This document shows positions 9,398 through 18,797 of a stretch of 64,000 nucleotides of DNA, in pieces. The notes beneath the pieces were generated by a model that worked only from the letters and a program-made list of their open reading frames with translations, searched no databases and was not told where the DNA came from. Numbering within the stretch: the first letter of the stretch is position 1; each line of letters starts with the position of its first letter. Origin of the DNA: a virus; the IMG/VR virus record IMGVR_UViG_3300033571_012928, positions 2,586-66,585 of that record; one strand, written 5' to 3'. The position numbers and the translations under genes are program-made.

Positions 9398-11968
9398 ATG
9401 TATCAAAATATAGCATTTGAAAAGACAAAGAATTTAGTACACATTTGGGATGACGAAAAAGGTCATTTTACGCTTCCCTATAAAAAATATGCTTACCGTA
9501 AAAACAATAACGGTAAGTATGTTGCGTTAGATGGTAACAGAGTAGAAAAGGTTTATGATTGGGACGATTCTGATGTTCAGCGTGGTCTTATTTATGAATC
9601 TGATATTGGACCTGAAACTAGAACATTGATTGATTTATATTATGAATCAGATGATATAAGTAAAGGACATCGTGAAATGTATCTAGATATTGAGGTTGCA
9701 ACTGAAGGTGGGTTTTCTGATACCGAAGAAGTATGGCAGCCATTAACATCTATTTCATTTTATGATAGAGCAGGCGATCAATACGTTGCAATTTTAGTAG
9801 ATCCGGATAATAAGGTTAAGTCGAAGGTTTCGGATAAATTGATTTTAGAGTCTGTTAAAACAGAAAGAGAGTTAATTCAAAAGTTTCTTAATCATTATGC
9901 ATCTGTAGCACCTACAATCATCACAGGATGGAATATAGAGTTTTTCGATATTCCATATTTGTACAATAGAATTAGAAAAGTATTAGGTACAAAAGAAGCA
10001 GATAGATTATCTCCGATCAATGACGTAATTTGGCTTAAACACAGAAACCGTTATAAACTTCAAGGTGTGGCTTGTTTAGACTATATGGCATTGTATAAGA
10101 ACTTTACCTATTCAGAAGAATCAAGTTATTCATTAGAAGCTATTTCGCAAAAAGAATTAGGTAAAGGTAAAATTCAATATGAAGGTACATTAGATCACTT
10201 GTATCAAACAGATATTGATAAGTTCATCGAATATAACATTAATGACGTTCGATTGGTATATGAGTTAGATTTGAAGCTTCAGTTTTTAGATCAGGCTCGA
10301 GGTGTATGTCATAAAGGCCATGTATCATATGATGACATTTATTTCACAACAAGATATTTGGATGGAGCATGTTTAACTTACATGAAACGTTTAGGTATTG
10401 TAGCACCTAATAGAAAAAATAGAATACCAGCAACTGTAGGAACAGAAGAAGAAAATCATTCAAATGACTTTGCAGGTGCATTTGTAATGGATCCAAAGCC
10501 AGGTGTTTATAAATGGATATTTGACGAAGATATGTCATCTCTGTATCCATCTATTATTAGAACATTGAACATTTCTCCAGAAACTAAAATTGGTCGAGTT
10601 GAGAATTGGGATATGGTAAAAGGAGCGTTCTTAGCTAATCAAGATAATAGTTTATCAGTTAAACTTAAGTCTGGTATTAAACAATTGTCATTTAGTGTAA
10701 CAGAGTTTCGTAAGTATTTAGTAGATAACAAGTATACAGTATCTGCAATTGGTGTTGTATATGATTCTCAAAAGCCAGGTATTATTCCGTCTATTTTGGA
10801 AACATGGATGGCAGAACGAGAAGAGTTCCGTGCATTGGCAAAGAAATACGGTAAAGAAGGTAATATGGAGTTAGCTAAGTTTTTTGATGCTAAACAGTTA
10901 ACTGCAAAGATTATTAATAACTCGTTATATGGAGGATTGGGTGCTCCTGGATTTAGATTCCACGATTTAGATAATGCAGAATCTATTACATTGACTGGTC
11001 AGTCAGTAATTAAGCATGCAATGTCAAAAGGCAATGAATGGTTTATTAAGCAAACAGGAGTAGATAAACAATATGTAATTTATGTAGATACAGATTCTAA
11101 CTATTTCTCAGCTGAGCCTATTATAGAGTTAATGGAAAAGAAATTAGGTAAAACAATGTCGAGAGAAGAAAAAATTGACATTACCTATAAAACATCTCAG
11201 GTAGTAGAAAAGTTTATTAATGATTCATTTACTCCATATGCTAAGCATGTATTAAATTCAGATAAACATTTCTTAACGATTAAACAAGAATATGTATCAG
11301 AATCAGGTATATGGATTGCAAAGAAACGTTATGCTCAAAAGATTATTTCTGAAAAAGGTGTATTAATATCTGATTTAACCAAAGGAGCTAAAGAATGGAA
11401 ACTCGATGTAAAAGGAATGGATGTAATTCGTTCTAACTTCCCTAAAGCATTTAGAGAGTTCATGTCAGGTATTTTGATTGATATTTTAAATCTAGTAGAT
11501 AGAAAAGTAATAGATGATAAGGTATTAGCATTTAGAGAGGACATGAAACAAAAAGACATGATTGATATTATGTTCCCGACAGGTGTTAAAGAATTATCAA
11601 AATATCAAATCAAAAAAGATGCGGATCAAATGTTTGCTGATAGAGTTAAAGCTACTCCGGCTCACGTAAAGGCGGCGTTGGTCTATAATGATTTATTAGA
11701 TTATTTTAAGATTACATCAGCTCAACCAATTGGAAATGGAGAAAAGATCAAATGGACTTATTTGAAATCAAATCCATATGGTATTGATGGTATTGCGCTA
11801 AAAGGATTTGAAGATCCTGAAAAGATTGTTAAAATAGTTGAAGAGTATATTGATTATGATAAAATCTTTAGATCGTCATTAGAAAATAAATTGCAAGACT
11901 TCTATAATGCATTGAGTTATGGTAAAGTTCCTGTAAATGATACATTAAATAGTTTTTTTAGTTTTTAA
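9398..11968 (+). CDS. family-B DNA polymerase
   Basis: Exo I LDIEV, Exo II GWNIEFFDIPYL, motif A DEDMSSLYPSII, motif B KIINNSLYGGLG, motif C YVDTDS. Confidence 0.95.
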   Translation: MYQNIAFEKTKNLVHIWDDEKGHFTLPYKKYAYRKNNNGKYVALDGNRVEKVYDWDDSDVQRGLIYESDIGPETRTLIDLYYESDDISKGHREMYLDIEVATEGGFSDTEEVWQPLTSISFYDRAGDQYVAILVDPDNKVKSKVSDKLILESVKTERELIQKFLNHYASVAPTIITGWNIEFFDIPYLYNRIRKVLGTKEADRLSPINDVIWLKHRNRYKLQGVACLDYMALYKNFTYSEESSYSLEAISQKELGKGKIQYEGTLDHLYQTDIDKFIEYNINDVRLVYELDLKLQFLDQARGVCHKGHVSYDDIYFTTRYLDGACLTYMKRLGIVAPNRKNRIPATVGTEEENHSNDFAGAFVMDPKPGVYKWIFDEDMSSLYPSIIRTLNISPETKIGRVENWDMVKGAFLANQDNSLSVKLKSGIKQLSFSVTEFRKYLVDNKYTVSAIGVVYDSQKPGIIPSILETWMAEREEFRALAKKYGKEGNMELAKFFDAKQLTAKIINNSLYGGLGAPGFRFHDLDNAESITLTGQSVIKHAMSKGNEWFIKQTGVDKQYVIYVDTDSNYFSAEPIIELMEKKLGKTMSREEKIDITYKTSQVVEKFINDSFTPYAKHVLNSDKHFLTIKQEYVSESGIWIAKKRYAQKIISEKGVLISDLTKGAKEWKLDVKGMDVIRSNFPKAFREFMSGILIDILNLVDRKVIDDKVLAFREDMKQKDMIDIMFPTGVKELSKYQIKKDADQMFADRVKATPAHVKAALVYNDLLDYFKITSAQPIGNGEKIKWTYLKSNPYGIDGIALKGFEDPEKIVKIVEEYIDYDKIFRSSLENKLQDFYNALSYGKVPVNDTLNSFFSF

Positions 11969-11971
11969 AAT

Positions 11972-12319
11972 ATGAAGACAACAGTTATAGTTAAGTTACA
12001 AATCGATGGCTGCCACAATTTTCCAAAAGCAGCTGAGTTATTTCCTGAGGTAGATTTCTTATCTCACAGACACAGGCATATGTTTCATTTTACTGTTGCA
12101 GTAAAAGTTACACATTCTGATAGAGATAAAGAATTTATCATGTTGAAAAGAGATATTATCGACTATATTAATGGAGAGTACTTTGATGACTTTTCTAGAA
12201 CTTGCGAATTTGGAGCTCGTTCTTGTGAAATGTTAGCAGAAGAAATTCTTAAGGAATTTGATGCGGAATGGGTAGAGGTATGGGAAGATAATGAGAACGG
12301 GGCACGCGTTGAGTTATGA
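11972..12319 (+). CDS. QueD/PTPS-family protein (second copy)
   Basis: 115 aa; IDGCHNFP ... HRHRHMFHFTVAV resembles QueD AAHRLP ... HGHSFMVRLEI. Confidence 0.5.
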   Translation: MKTTVIVKLQIDGCHNFPKAAELFPEVDFLSHRHRHMFHFTVAVKVTHSDRDKEFIMLKRDIIDYINGEYFDDFSRTCEFGARSCEMLAEEILKEFDAEWVEVWEDNENGARVEL

Positions 12320-13329
12320 CAGTTTACGTAGTCTCTGACTTAAATCATATCATTGACAAAGATTCTTGGGAGACTCATGTATCATCAACTATTCTAGGCT
12401 ACTTAGAAGTTCTAACACAAGACCTACAAGACAGGCAATATAATGTTACTAACATAACAGACCTGTACAGTATAGAACTTCTAATCAAGTCTAACGTAAT
12501 AGTATCAGATGATATATTTGTATTTACCAATGCATGGACTACGAATATACCCCAAATCAAGTCATGGTGTGAGTACTATGAAATTACTCCAAAAATGTAT
12601 GGATTCTGGCATCAAGATATTGTATCTGCACCAGACCATACATATCCATGGCGTAAGTCATTTAATTTATCGATATGCAAATGTTTACATGGTAACTTTT
12701 TTATTTGCGAAGAACATGCCAGAGCATTTAAACACAGTATAAGTAAAGATTTGAAATCGATTCAAGTATGTAAGTTTCCAATGGAGTATTTAGGATTGGA
12801 AGTTGGTAAATTAAAAAACAACTTTAAAAAATCTGACATGTTAGTATTTCCATTTTACAATTGGGAAGAATATCATGAATCTATATTCTATGATTGGAAA
12901 CGAACATTAAAAGGAGTTCAGCCTGTATTTTGCAATGAAAAGGAACGTTTATCTAGACCGCACTTGTTAAATCAAATTGCAGCTGCGAAAGTAGCATGGT
13001 TGCCATATGATATGCCAAATTTAGGACAACAAATCTATGAATGCTTATTATTGGGTACAATTCCTATGGTACCTGATTATCATGGCTTTGAAAAGTTTGT
13101 ACCTAAAGATTTTATGTATCCAGCAGAATGGACTTCAAACGTATTAAAGTATGCAGCACATGCTCCTGATCTAATAGGAATGATCTATGAATTCACAAAT
13201 AACTATGAAGCATATAAATCTTTAATAGATCAACAAGTAGAGCATTTAACAGAGCAGTATTATGATTCGGAAGATTTTTTAAATAAAATATTTGGAAATC
13301 TAAATAAAATTCAATATATTAACAAATAA
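12316..13329 (+). CDS. putative GT-B-fold glycosyltransferase, paralog B
   Basis: Paralog of 7460..8497; ECLLLGTIPMVPD motif. Confidence 0.5.
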   Translation: MTVYVVSDLNHIIDKDSWETHVSSTILGYLEVLTQDLQDRQYNVTNITDLYSIELLIKSNVIVSDDIFVFTNAWTTNIPQIKSWCEYYEITPKMYGFWHQDIVSAPDHTYPWRKSFNLSICKCLHGNFFICEEHARAFKHSISKDLKSIQVCKFPMEYLGLEVGKLKNNFKKSDMLVFPFYNWEEYHESIFYDWKRTLKGVQPVFCNEKERLSRPHLLNQIAAAKVAWLPYDMPNLGQQIYECLLLGTIPMVPDYHGFEKFVPKDFMYPAEWTSNVLKYAAHAPDLIGMIYEFTNNYEAYKSLIDQQVEHLTEQYYDSEDFLNKIFGNLNKIQYINK

Positions 13330-13335
13330 CAAAAT

Positions 13336-14544
13336 ATGCAAAATACAGATCCAAAAAAAGTAGTTTACTTTCCATCTTTATCTTCAGGTGCATTTGCAAC
13401 TGTACTAAAGAAAGATGCAGAAATTAAACCAGGCGTACCATATCGCTTTTGGGATAAACGAACTCCTGAAGAATGGCGATATCCTTATTTTCTAGTGACA
13501 GCAGGTCATTACTACAAGAAACCTACATTGAGAGCCGATTGGGGTTTAGATAAAGATTGTTTAGTATTTGGTGATTCCGGAGGATTCCAAATTGCGACAG
13601 GTGCGTTGAAATGGGATGTAGCTTTAAGAGATACTATTTTTCAATGGTTAGAAAACAATTCAGATTTAGCAGCTAACTTAGATATTCCACCTCGTACTAA
13701 GTATGAGGGTAGATTTCAAGAAGCATTAGATTTTAGTATTGATAACTTTAAATACTTTGAAAAGAATCAATCTGGTAAGACTAGATTCTTGAATGTATCT
13801 CAAGGTTCAAATCCTAAAGAAAGAGAAGTATGGTTTAATGCCGTTAAAGATTTTGAATTTCAAGGTTGGTCATTAGGAGGTAGTCGTCGTATTGTTGACT
13901 TGTTACATGGCATTGCATTAATGTTAGAACACAAAGAGTTTGATAAATTGCATAATACATGGGTACACGTATTAGGAGCATCTAAAGTATCTGACTTTTT
14001 AGTATATGGTAAACTTCAACAAATGTTTAATCAGTATACTGATAATAGAATTACATTGTCAACTGATAGTTCATCTCCAGGTCAGTATCCTATCTTTGGA
14101 CAAATGGTTTGGGATGCAGATTGGAGAAATCATATTTTTAACATGTTGTATTTTCCAAAAGATGGTACAGTTAAATATCCTTCAGAAGGATTAGTTCCTT
14201 CTTTGTTGAAACATCCAGGTTGGGATACATTAACATGGCCAATGATTGAAGAATTCAAGGGAGATGCAGCATTTAGAATGACATATCATAATTTGTATAT
14301 GTATGCTTATACATGTGCGAAGGCTGAAGAAATTGTTACAATGGCACCTCCGAAGACAATTGAAGATATTGTATCAAAAGATATGGCAGTTGTATTGCAG
14401 TCAATAGAAGATATGTTTCATTCTTCAAATCCAATGCAGGTATTTGAAAGTTACAGAGCATTCTATGTAAAGATTGGTGGTGATAATTTACCTATTTATT
14501 CAATTGAAGCAGCTGCAGAATTTTTTGACTTTTCAACTACATAA
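13336..14544 (+). CDS. tRNA-guanine transglycosylase family protein, DpdA-like
   Basis: DCLVFGDSGGFQIATGAL matches the TGT catalytic LTDSGGFQV segment; 402 aa. Confidence 0.6.
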   Translation: MQNTDPKKVVYFPSLSSGAFATVLKKDAEIKPGVPYRFWDKRTPEEWRYPYFLVTAGHYYKKPTLRADWGLDKDCLVFGDSGGFQIATGALKWDVALRDTIFQWLENNSDLAANLDIPPRTKYEGRFQEALDFSIDNFKYFEKNQSGKTRFLNVSQGSNPKEREVWFNAVKDFEFQGWSLGGSRRIVDLLHGIALMLEHKEFDKLHNTWVHVLGASKVSDFLVYGKLQQMFNQYTDNRITLSTDSSSPGQYPIFGQMVWDADWRNHIFNMLYFPKDGTVKYPSEGLVPSLLKHPGWDTLTWPMIEEFKGDAAFRMTYHNLYMYAYTCAKAEEIVTMAPPKTIEDIVSKDMAVVLQSIEDMFHSSNPMQVFESYRAFYVKIGGDNLPIYSIEAAAEFFDFSTT

Positions 14545-14545
14545 T

Positions 14546-14580
14546 TTGGTAATACGAAGAATTGATATTATATTAACGTT
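14546..14580 (+). promoter_or_regulatory. class-A promoter-like element
   Basis: TTTGGTAATACGAAGAATTGATATTATATTAACGTT. Confidence 0.4.
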
Positions 14581-14967
14581 ATGAAGAAGTATTACATGGT
14601 AGTATCTGAAAATAGAATGCTAGCCAATACCAAAGTTCATGGTATTACTACATTTTATTATGAGTTTGACTTATTAGATTTACTATCAGTAAAATTCTAT
14701 GTAATGTTAGTAGGATATATTTTTAAGTATTTTAAGTTTTCATATGAGAACTATAAAATTCGTCGTTCAGTATGTAAACAAAGAAAGCAAATCAAAAAAG
14801 CTTTGAATCATACTGCTAAGTATATGCCGAAGTATAAGTATAGGTCATATAACCCATATTTTAACATTGAAAAAAGAGTAGAACATGATATGGATGCTCC
14901 GATGTTAGATACTGAAATAGTAATTAAAACAAAAATTAAAAGAAAAAACATAAAACAAAATGGATAA
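14581..14967 (+). CDS. hypothetical basic protein
   Basis: ORF behind a promoter motif; Lys-rich C-terminus. Confidence 0.45.
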   Translation: MKKYYMVVSENRMLANTKVHGITTFYYEFDLLDLLSVKFYVMLVGYIFKYFKFSYENYKIRRSVCKQRKQIKKALNHTAKYMPKYKYRSYNPYFNIEKRVEHDMDAPMLDTEIVIKTKIKRKNIKQNG

Positions 14968-15670
14968 GAGTAAATTTATTGGTTTCTTGAATCGCTACTC
15001 GCTAGGTGGTAATACAGATTCTGCAAAGCTTGTCATTTCAGACAAAACATTGAGTACAAAGTTTATTAGTACTGATCAAAACGTAATTGGAGATGTAACT
15101 TTAAATTCATTTGATTTGCCTGATGCAGAATTAGGTGTATATCAGACGGCTCAGTTACAGAAATTATTGTCTGCGGTTGATGAACAAATGGAAGTTAATT
15201 TGAATGTAGTTGAAAACAAAGCTTATTCTATTAACTTTAAAGATAAGTCTACTTCAGTAACTTATATGTTAGCTGATTTAGCAGTTATTCGTCAAGTTCC
15301 TAATTTAAAGTCATTGCCGCCATTTGAAGTTAAAATAGAGTTGAATAAAGACTTTACAAATAACTTTAAAAAGGCAGTAGGTGCGTTAGATTCTGAAAAC
15401 TTTGGTGTAGAATGTAACTTAGGTGAAACAAAAGTTATTGTAAATTATTCTTCAGTAAATACAAACCGTGTAGTATTTAATGCTACTACAGTTGAAGCCG
15501 AAGATATGTCAGTAACATGTTTTTCAGCTAAATTATTGAAAGAAATCATCAATGCAAATTCAGATGCAACTGGTACATTAGAAGTTTCTTCTAAAGGATT
15601 AGCTAGAGTAACCTTTACTAATACAGAGTATTCTGCGGTTTATTATTTAGTTAAATTGACAGTAGCGTAA
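14960..15670 (+). CDS. candidate sliding clamp (gp45-like)
   Basis: 236 aa acidic protein directly upstream of the clamp-loader gene (T4 order 45-44-62); no motif proof. Confidence 0.4.
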   Translation: MDKSKFIGFLNRYSLGGNTDSAKLVISDKTLSTKFISTDQNVIGDVTLNSFDLPDAELGVYQTAQLQKLLSAVDEQMEVNLNVVENKAYSINFKDKSTSVTYMLADLAVIRQVPNLKSLPPFEVKIELNKDFTNNFKKAVGALDSENFGVECNLGETKVIVNYSSVNTNRVVFNATTVEAEDMSVTCFSAKLLKEIINANSDATGTLEVSSKGLARVTFTNTEYSAVYYLVKLTVA

Positions 15671-15719
15671 AAAATACCGTCCGATTACCGTCCGGTGTAT
15701 ATATTTATTTTAAAAAGAT

Positions 15720-16355
15720 ATGTACATTTACTTAATTACAAATTTAGTCAATAATAAAGTATACATCGGACAATCTTCAAGAAATTGGAATGATACGTTG
15801 GATTACTATGGTAGTGGATCTTTAATAAAAAAAGCAATTGAATCGCATGGAATTGAAAACTTTAAAAAAACATTGTTAGAAACATGTTACGATAAAGAAG
15901 AATTAGATGATGCGGAACGATATTGGATATCTCATTACCGAAATAAACTTAACTATACATTGTATAATATAACAGAAGGCGGTCAAGGCGGAGTTACGTA
16001 TACAAAAGGAAGTTTAGTATATGAACAGTGTAAACATAAATTAGGTTGTTCAGGGACTAATAATCCTGGCTCTAGACCTGAAGTAATTGAAAAACGAGTA
16101 CTTACATATAGCAATAACATTGAAAATGGGTTTGTTCCGACATCGGGTAAGATACATGGAAATTATAAAGGTAAGTTAGAACAAGTACATAGCAAATACA
16201 AAGGCGGTCCGCCGTCTAGTAATGCTAGAAAAGTTGTAATTGATGGTATAGAGTATAATTCATTACGAGAGGCAAGTCGCGCATTAGACATAGCAGCCGA
16301 AACAATCGCTAGAAGATGTAAATTGGATAAATTTAAAAAATATAACTTTATATAA
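15720..16355 (+). CDS. GIY-YIG homing endonuclease
   Basis: N-terminal YIYLITNLVNNKVYIGQS ... YYGSG matches the GIY-YIG core; sits between the clamp and clamp-loader genes. Confidence 0.8.
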   Translation: MYIYLITNLVNNKVYIGQSSRNWNDTLDYYGSGSLIKKAIESHGIENFKKTLLETCYDKEELDDAERYWISHYRNKLNYTLYNITEGGQGGVTYTKGSLVYEQCKHKLGCSGTNNPGSRPEVIEKRVLTYSNNIENGFVPTSGKIHGNYKGKLEQVHSKYKGGPPSSNARKVVIDGIEYNSLREASRALDIAAETIARRCKLDKFKKYNFI

Positions 16356-16356
16356 A

Positions 16357-17286
16357 ATGTTTGGAAATACAGAACACACGTTATACGTAGAAAAATATAG
16401 ACCTAATAGCCTAGATGGGTATGTAGGTAACCAAGCTATTGTCGAAAAGGTAAAGGTATATCTTCAAAACGGAGATGTACCTCACCTTTTACTATTTGGA
16501 TCTGCGGGTACTGGTAAAACTACATTGGCTAAATTGATTGCGAATAACATTGATTGTGATTTAATGTATGTTAATGCATCAGATGAAAACAATGTAGATA
16601 CTGTTAGAGACAAGATCAAGAACTTTGCATCAACCATTGGATTTAGACAATGGAAGTTGATTATTTTAGATGAGGCTGATTTCTTAACTCCCAATGCTCA
16701 AGCTGCATTGCGTAATTTAATGGAAACATTTTCTAAAACTACTAGATTCATTTTAACATGTAACTATGTAGAAAAGATTATTGATCCTATTCAGTCTCGT
16801 TGTCAAGTATTTGCAATTACGCCGCCATCTAAAAAAGACGTAGCGGTAAGAGTATCGGAGATTTTAAAACATGAATCTGTAACATTTAAACCTGAAGACT
16901 TAGTTGCAATTGTTAATTCAGGATATCCTGATATTAGAAGAATCCTTAATGCTTGTCAGAGACAGGTAGTTAATGGAGAGTTAGCGATGGATAAGCAGTC
17001 TTTAGTTGAAGCTAATTACATGAATAAGATATTAGACATCTTATCATCTAATGAAGACAAAAAGACCATGTTTACTAATATTAGACAGCTTTTAGCAGAT
17101 TCTCAAGTTAAGGACTTTTCAAATTTATATCGTTTTCTTTATGATAATTTAGAGTCTTATGCTACAGGCCATGTCGCGGCGGTTATTTTGATTATTGCAG
17201 ATGCTCAATACAAAGATTCATTTATTGTAGATAAAGAAATCGGCGTAATGTCAATGTTTATTCAATTATTAAACGAAATAAAATGA
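16357..17286 (+). CDS. clamp loader large subunit (RFC/gp44-like AAA+ ATPase)
   Basis: Walker A LLFGSAGTGKTTLA, Walker B ILDEADFLT, and an SRC-like box. Confidence 0.85.
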   Translation: MFGNTEHTLYVEKYRPNSLDGYVGNQAIVEKVKVYLQNGDVPHLLLFGSAGTGKTTLAKLIANNIDCDLMYVNASDENNVDTVRDKIKNFASTIGFRQWKLIILDEADFLTPNAQAALRNLMETFSKTTRFILTCNYVEKIIDPIQSRCQVFAITPPSKKDVAVRVSEILKHESVTFKPEDLVAIVNSGYPDIRRILNACQRQVVNGELAMDKQSLVEANYMNKILDILSSNEDKKTMFTNIRQLLADSQVKDFSNLYRFLYDNLESYATGHVAAVILIIADAQYKDSFIVDKEIGVMSMFIQLLNEIK

Positions 17287-17639
17287 TAAAAAGATTTATA
17301 AATTGGGTCAAGGGTCTATGGACTAAGCCCGATATGACAGATGAAGAGAGAGCTGAATTGCAAACGGAAATGTTCATTAATCGTCTTAAAAAGAATGCAT
17401 TCTATGAAAGAACAGAGCCGATGACTATACCTGAAGCGTATTTCGCTACCCGGACTAATATTACGGTTAGTGCACCTACTCCGGAGTTTAGTACAGATTC
17501 GAAAAAAGTAGCCGATGAGTTTGATCAAATTCCATGGGCTAGATTAACAGATGAAGCTAAAAAAGATTGTATTTCTATTGCAAGAACTGATATAGCTAAA
17601 CAATCAAATATATTAACTAAATTAAACGAAACATTATGA
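17283..17639 (+). CDS. hypothetical protein (candidate clamp loader small subunit by position)
   Basis: Translationally coupled to the clamp loader. Confidence 0.4.
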   Translation: MIKRFINWVKGLWTKPDMTDEERAELQTEMFINRLKKNAFYERTEPMTIPEAYFATRTNITVSAPTPEFSTDSKKVADEFDQIPWARLTDEAKKDCISIARTDIAKQSNILTKLNETL

Positions 17640-17872
17640 TGGATTTATCTAACCTAGGAAAAGAAAAAGTAGGAAACGAACATATTGATATGTCAAAGTC
17701 CACTCCAATACTATGCGATGAATGTGGACATGACATGTTTATGCCGGCAATGAAATTTAGAAAAATTTCAGGTATAATCAATGGAACGGGTAAAGATAAA
17801 TACATACCTGTAGAAGTTTATTTTTGCTCTAGTTGCGGTAACATTAATCCGGAGTTTGATTATGCAGGATAA
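17636..17872 (+). CDS. zinc-ribbon protein
   Basis: CDECGH...CSSCGN four-Cys ribbon. Confidence 0.5.
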   Translation: MMDLSNLGKEKVGNEHIDMSKSTPILCDECGHDMFMPAMKFRKISGIINGTGKDKYIPVEVYFCSSCGNINPEFDYAG

Positions 17873-18305
17873 GAAAATGACGATCTTCGATCATTTATCT
17901 AATATCACTGACAAGAAAACTCCGTGGGAAAGTCTATCTGCTGAAGATAAAAAAGCATTTGTTCCATATTTAATCAATCGTTGGTTAAGTATGAATCCTG
18001 ATTTCATTGAAATAGTAAATGAATTTCAGCATTTAACAATTGGTATTTTATCTCCAGCAGAGACTTATAAATTGTATTTGAATGTACTTCCTAAAAAGAA
18101 ATCATATAGCAAGTACGTTAAGAGCAAAAAAGCTGCAAAGTACAATTCTGATCTTTTAGAACTTTTATCTAAACATTTTATGGTGTCAGAATTGGAAATA
18201 CAAGATTATTTAGATATATTAACAAAAGAACAAGTAAAAGACATAGTTAAGAAATATGGAAAGTCTGATAAAGAAATTGACAAGCTTTTGGCTCAACCGA
18301 AGTAG
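17856..18305 (+). CDS. hypothetical protein
   Basis: ORF. Confidence 0.5.
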   Translation: MIMQDKKMTIFDHLSNITDKKTPWESLSAEDKKAFVPYLINRWLSMNPDFIEIVNEFQHLTIGILSPAETYKLYLNVLPKKKSYSKYVKSKKAAKYNSDLLELLSKHFMVSELEIQDYLDILTKEQVKDIVKKYGKSDKEIDKLLAQPK

Positions 18306-18546
18306 TCAAATCAAATTGTTCTTTCGAGCAGTATTGCAAGTAACACTAGTAGCATTGAATACATATCAAGTAGCCAATGGACATTACATTGGAGCAATTA
18401 TTGTAGGATTTTTAATTAGTCTTGTTTGGACATTTAACGTTAAGTCAGCTGCATTTGGATCGATTATCGATAAACTTATCTATGCCACCGGAGCAGCAGT
18501 AGGAACAGGTATAGGATTATTATTTAGCACATTTATATACTCATGA
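18256..18546 (+). CDS. small membrane protein (2-3 TM)
   Basis: Hydrophobic helices; overlaps the upstream ORF by 50 nt, so the true start is uncertain. Confidence 0.4.
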   Translation: MESLIKKLTSFWLNRSSQIKLFFRAVLQVTLVALNTYQVANGHYIGAIIVGFLISLVWTFNVKSAAFGSIIDKLIYATGAAVGTGIGLLFSTFIYS

Positions 18547-18797
18547 GTAAAATACAATTTCACGTAGGCATTTTGCCAGAAGACAAAGAACAATTCAATC
18601 AGCATGTTTATATGTTGAATGAGGACACTGATGAAAAATATCATGTATATGTACATGGTGGATATGATGATTTGTTTGGTTACTATCAAATGATTTGTAA
18701 AGGTTCGTGGGAAGCTTATAAATGCTTTATGCCTAAAGAAAATGAAAAGGCAGCTCACTTTGTTAAATCATTAGAACATTTCGAGGACGTAGAATGA
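18543..18797 (+). CDS. hypothetical protein
   Basis: ORF. Confidence 0.5.
   Translation: MSKIQFHVGILPEDKEQFNQHVYMLNEDTDEKYHVYVHGGYDDLFGYYQMICKGSWEAYKCFMPKENEKAAHFVKSLEHFEDVE

Noticed and set aside
12509-12742. Plus-strand ORFs in alternative frames inside longer genes (12509..12742, 14006..14194, 28290..28520, 29036..29224)
   Set aside because: Nested out-of-frame within well-supported genes (GT-B paralog, DpdA-like, epimerase, GT-like); no independent start signals.
15671-15705. Direct repeat TACCGTCCG x2 after the clamp-candidate gene
   Set aside because: Not palindromic (no hairpin) and only two short copies; likely chance or a minor protein-binding site, not a terminator or CRISPR.
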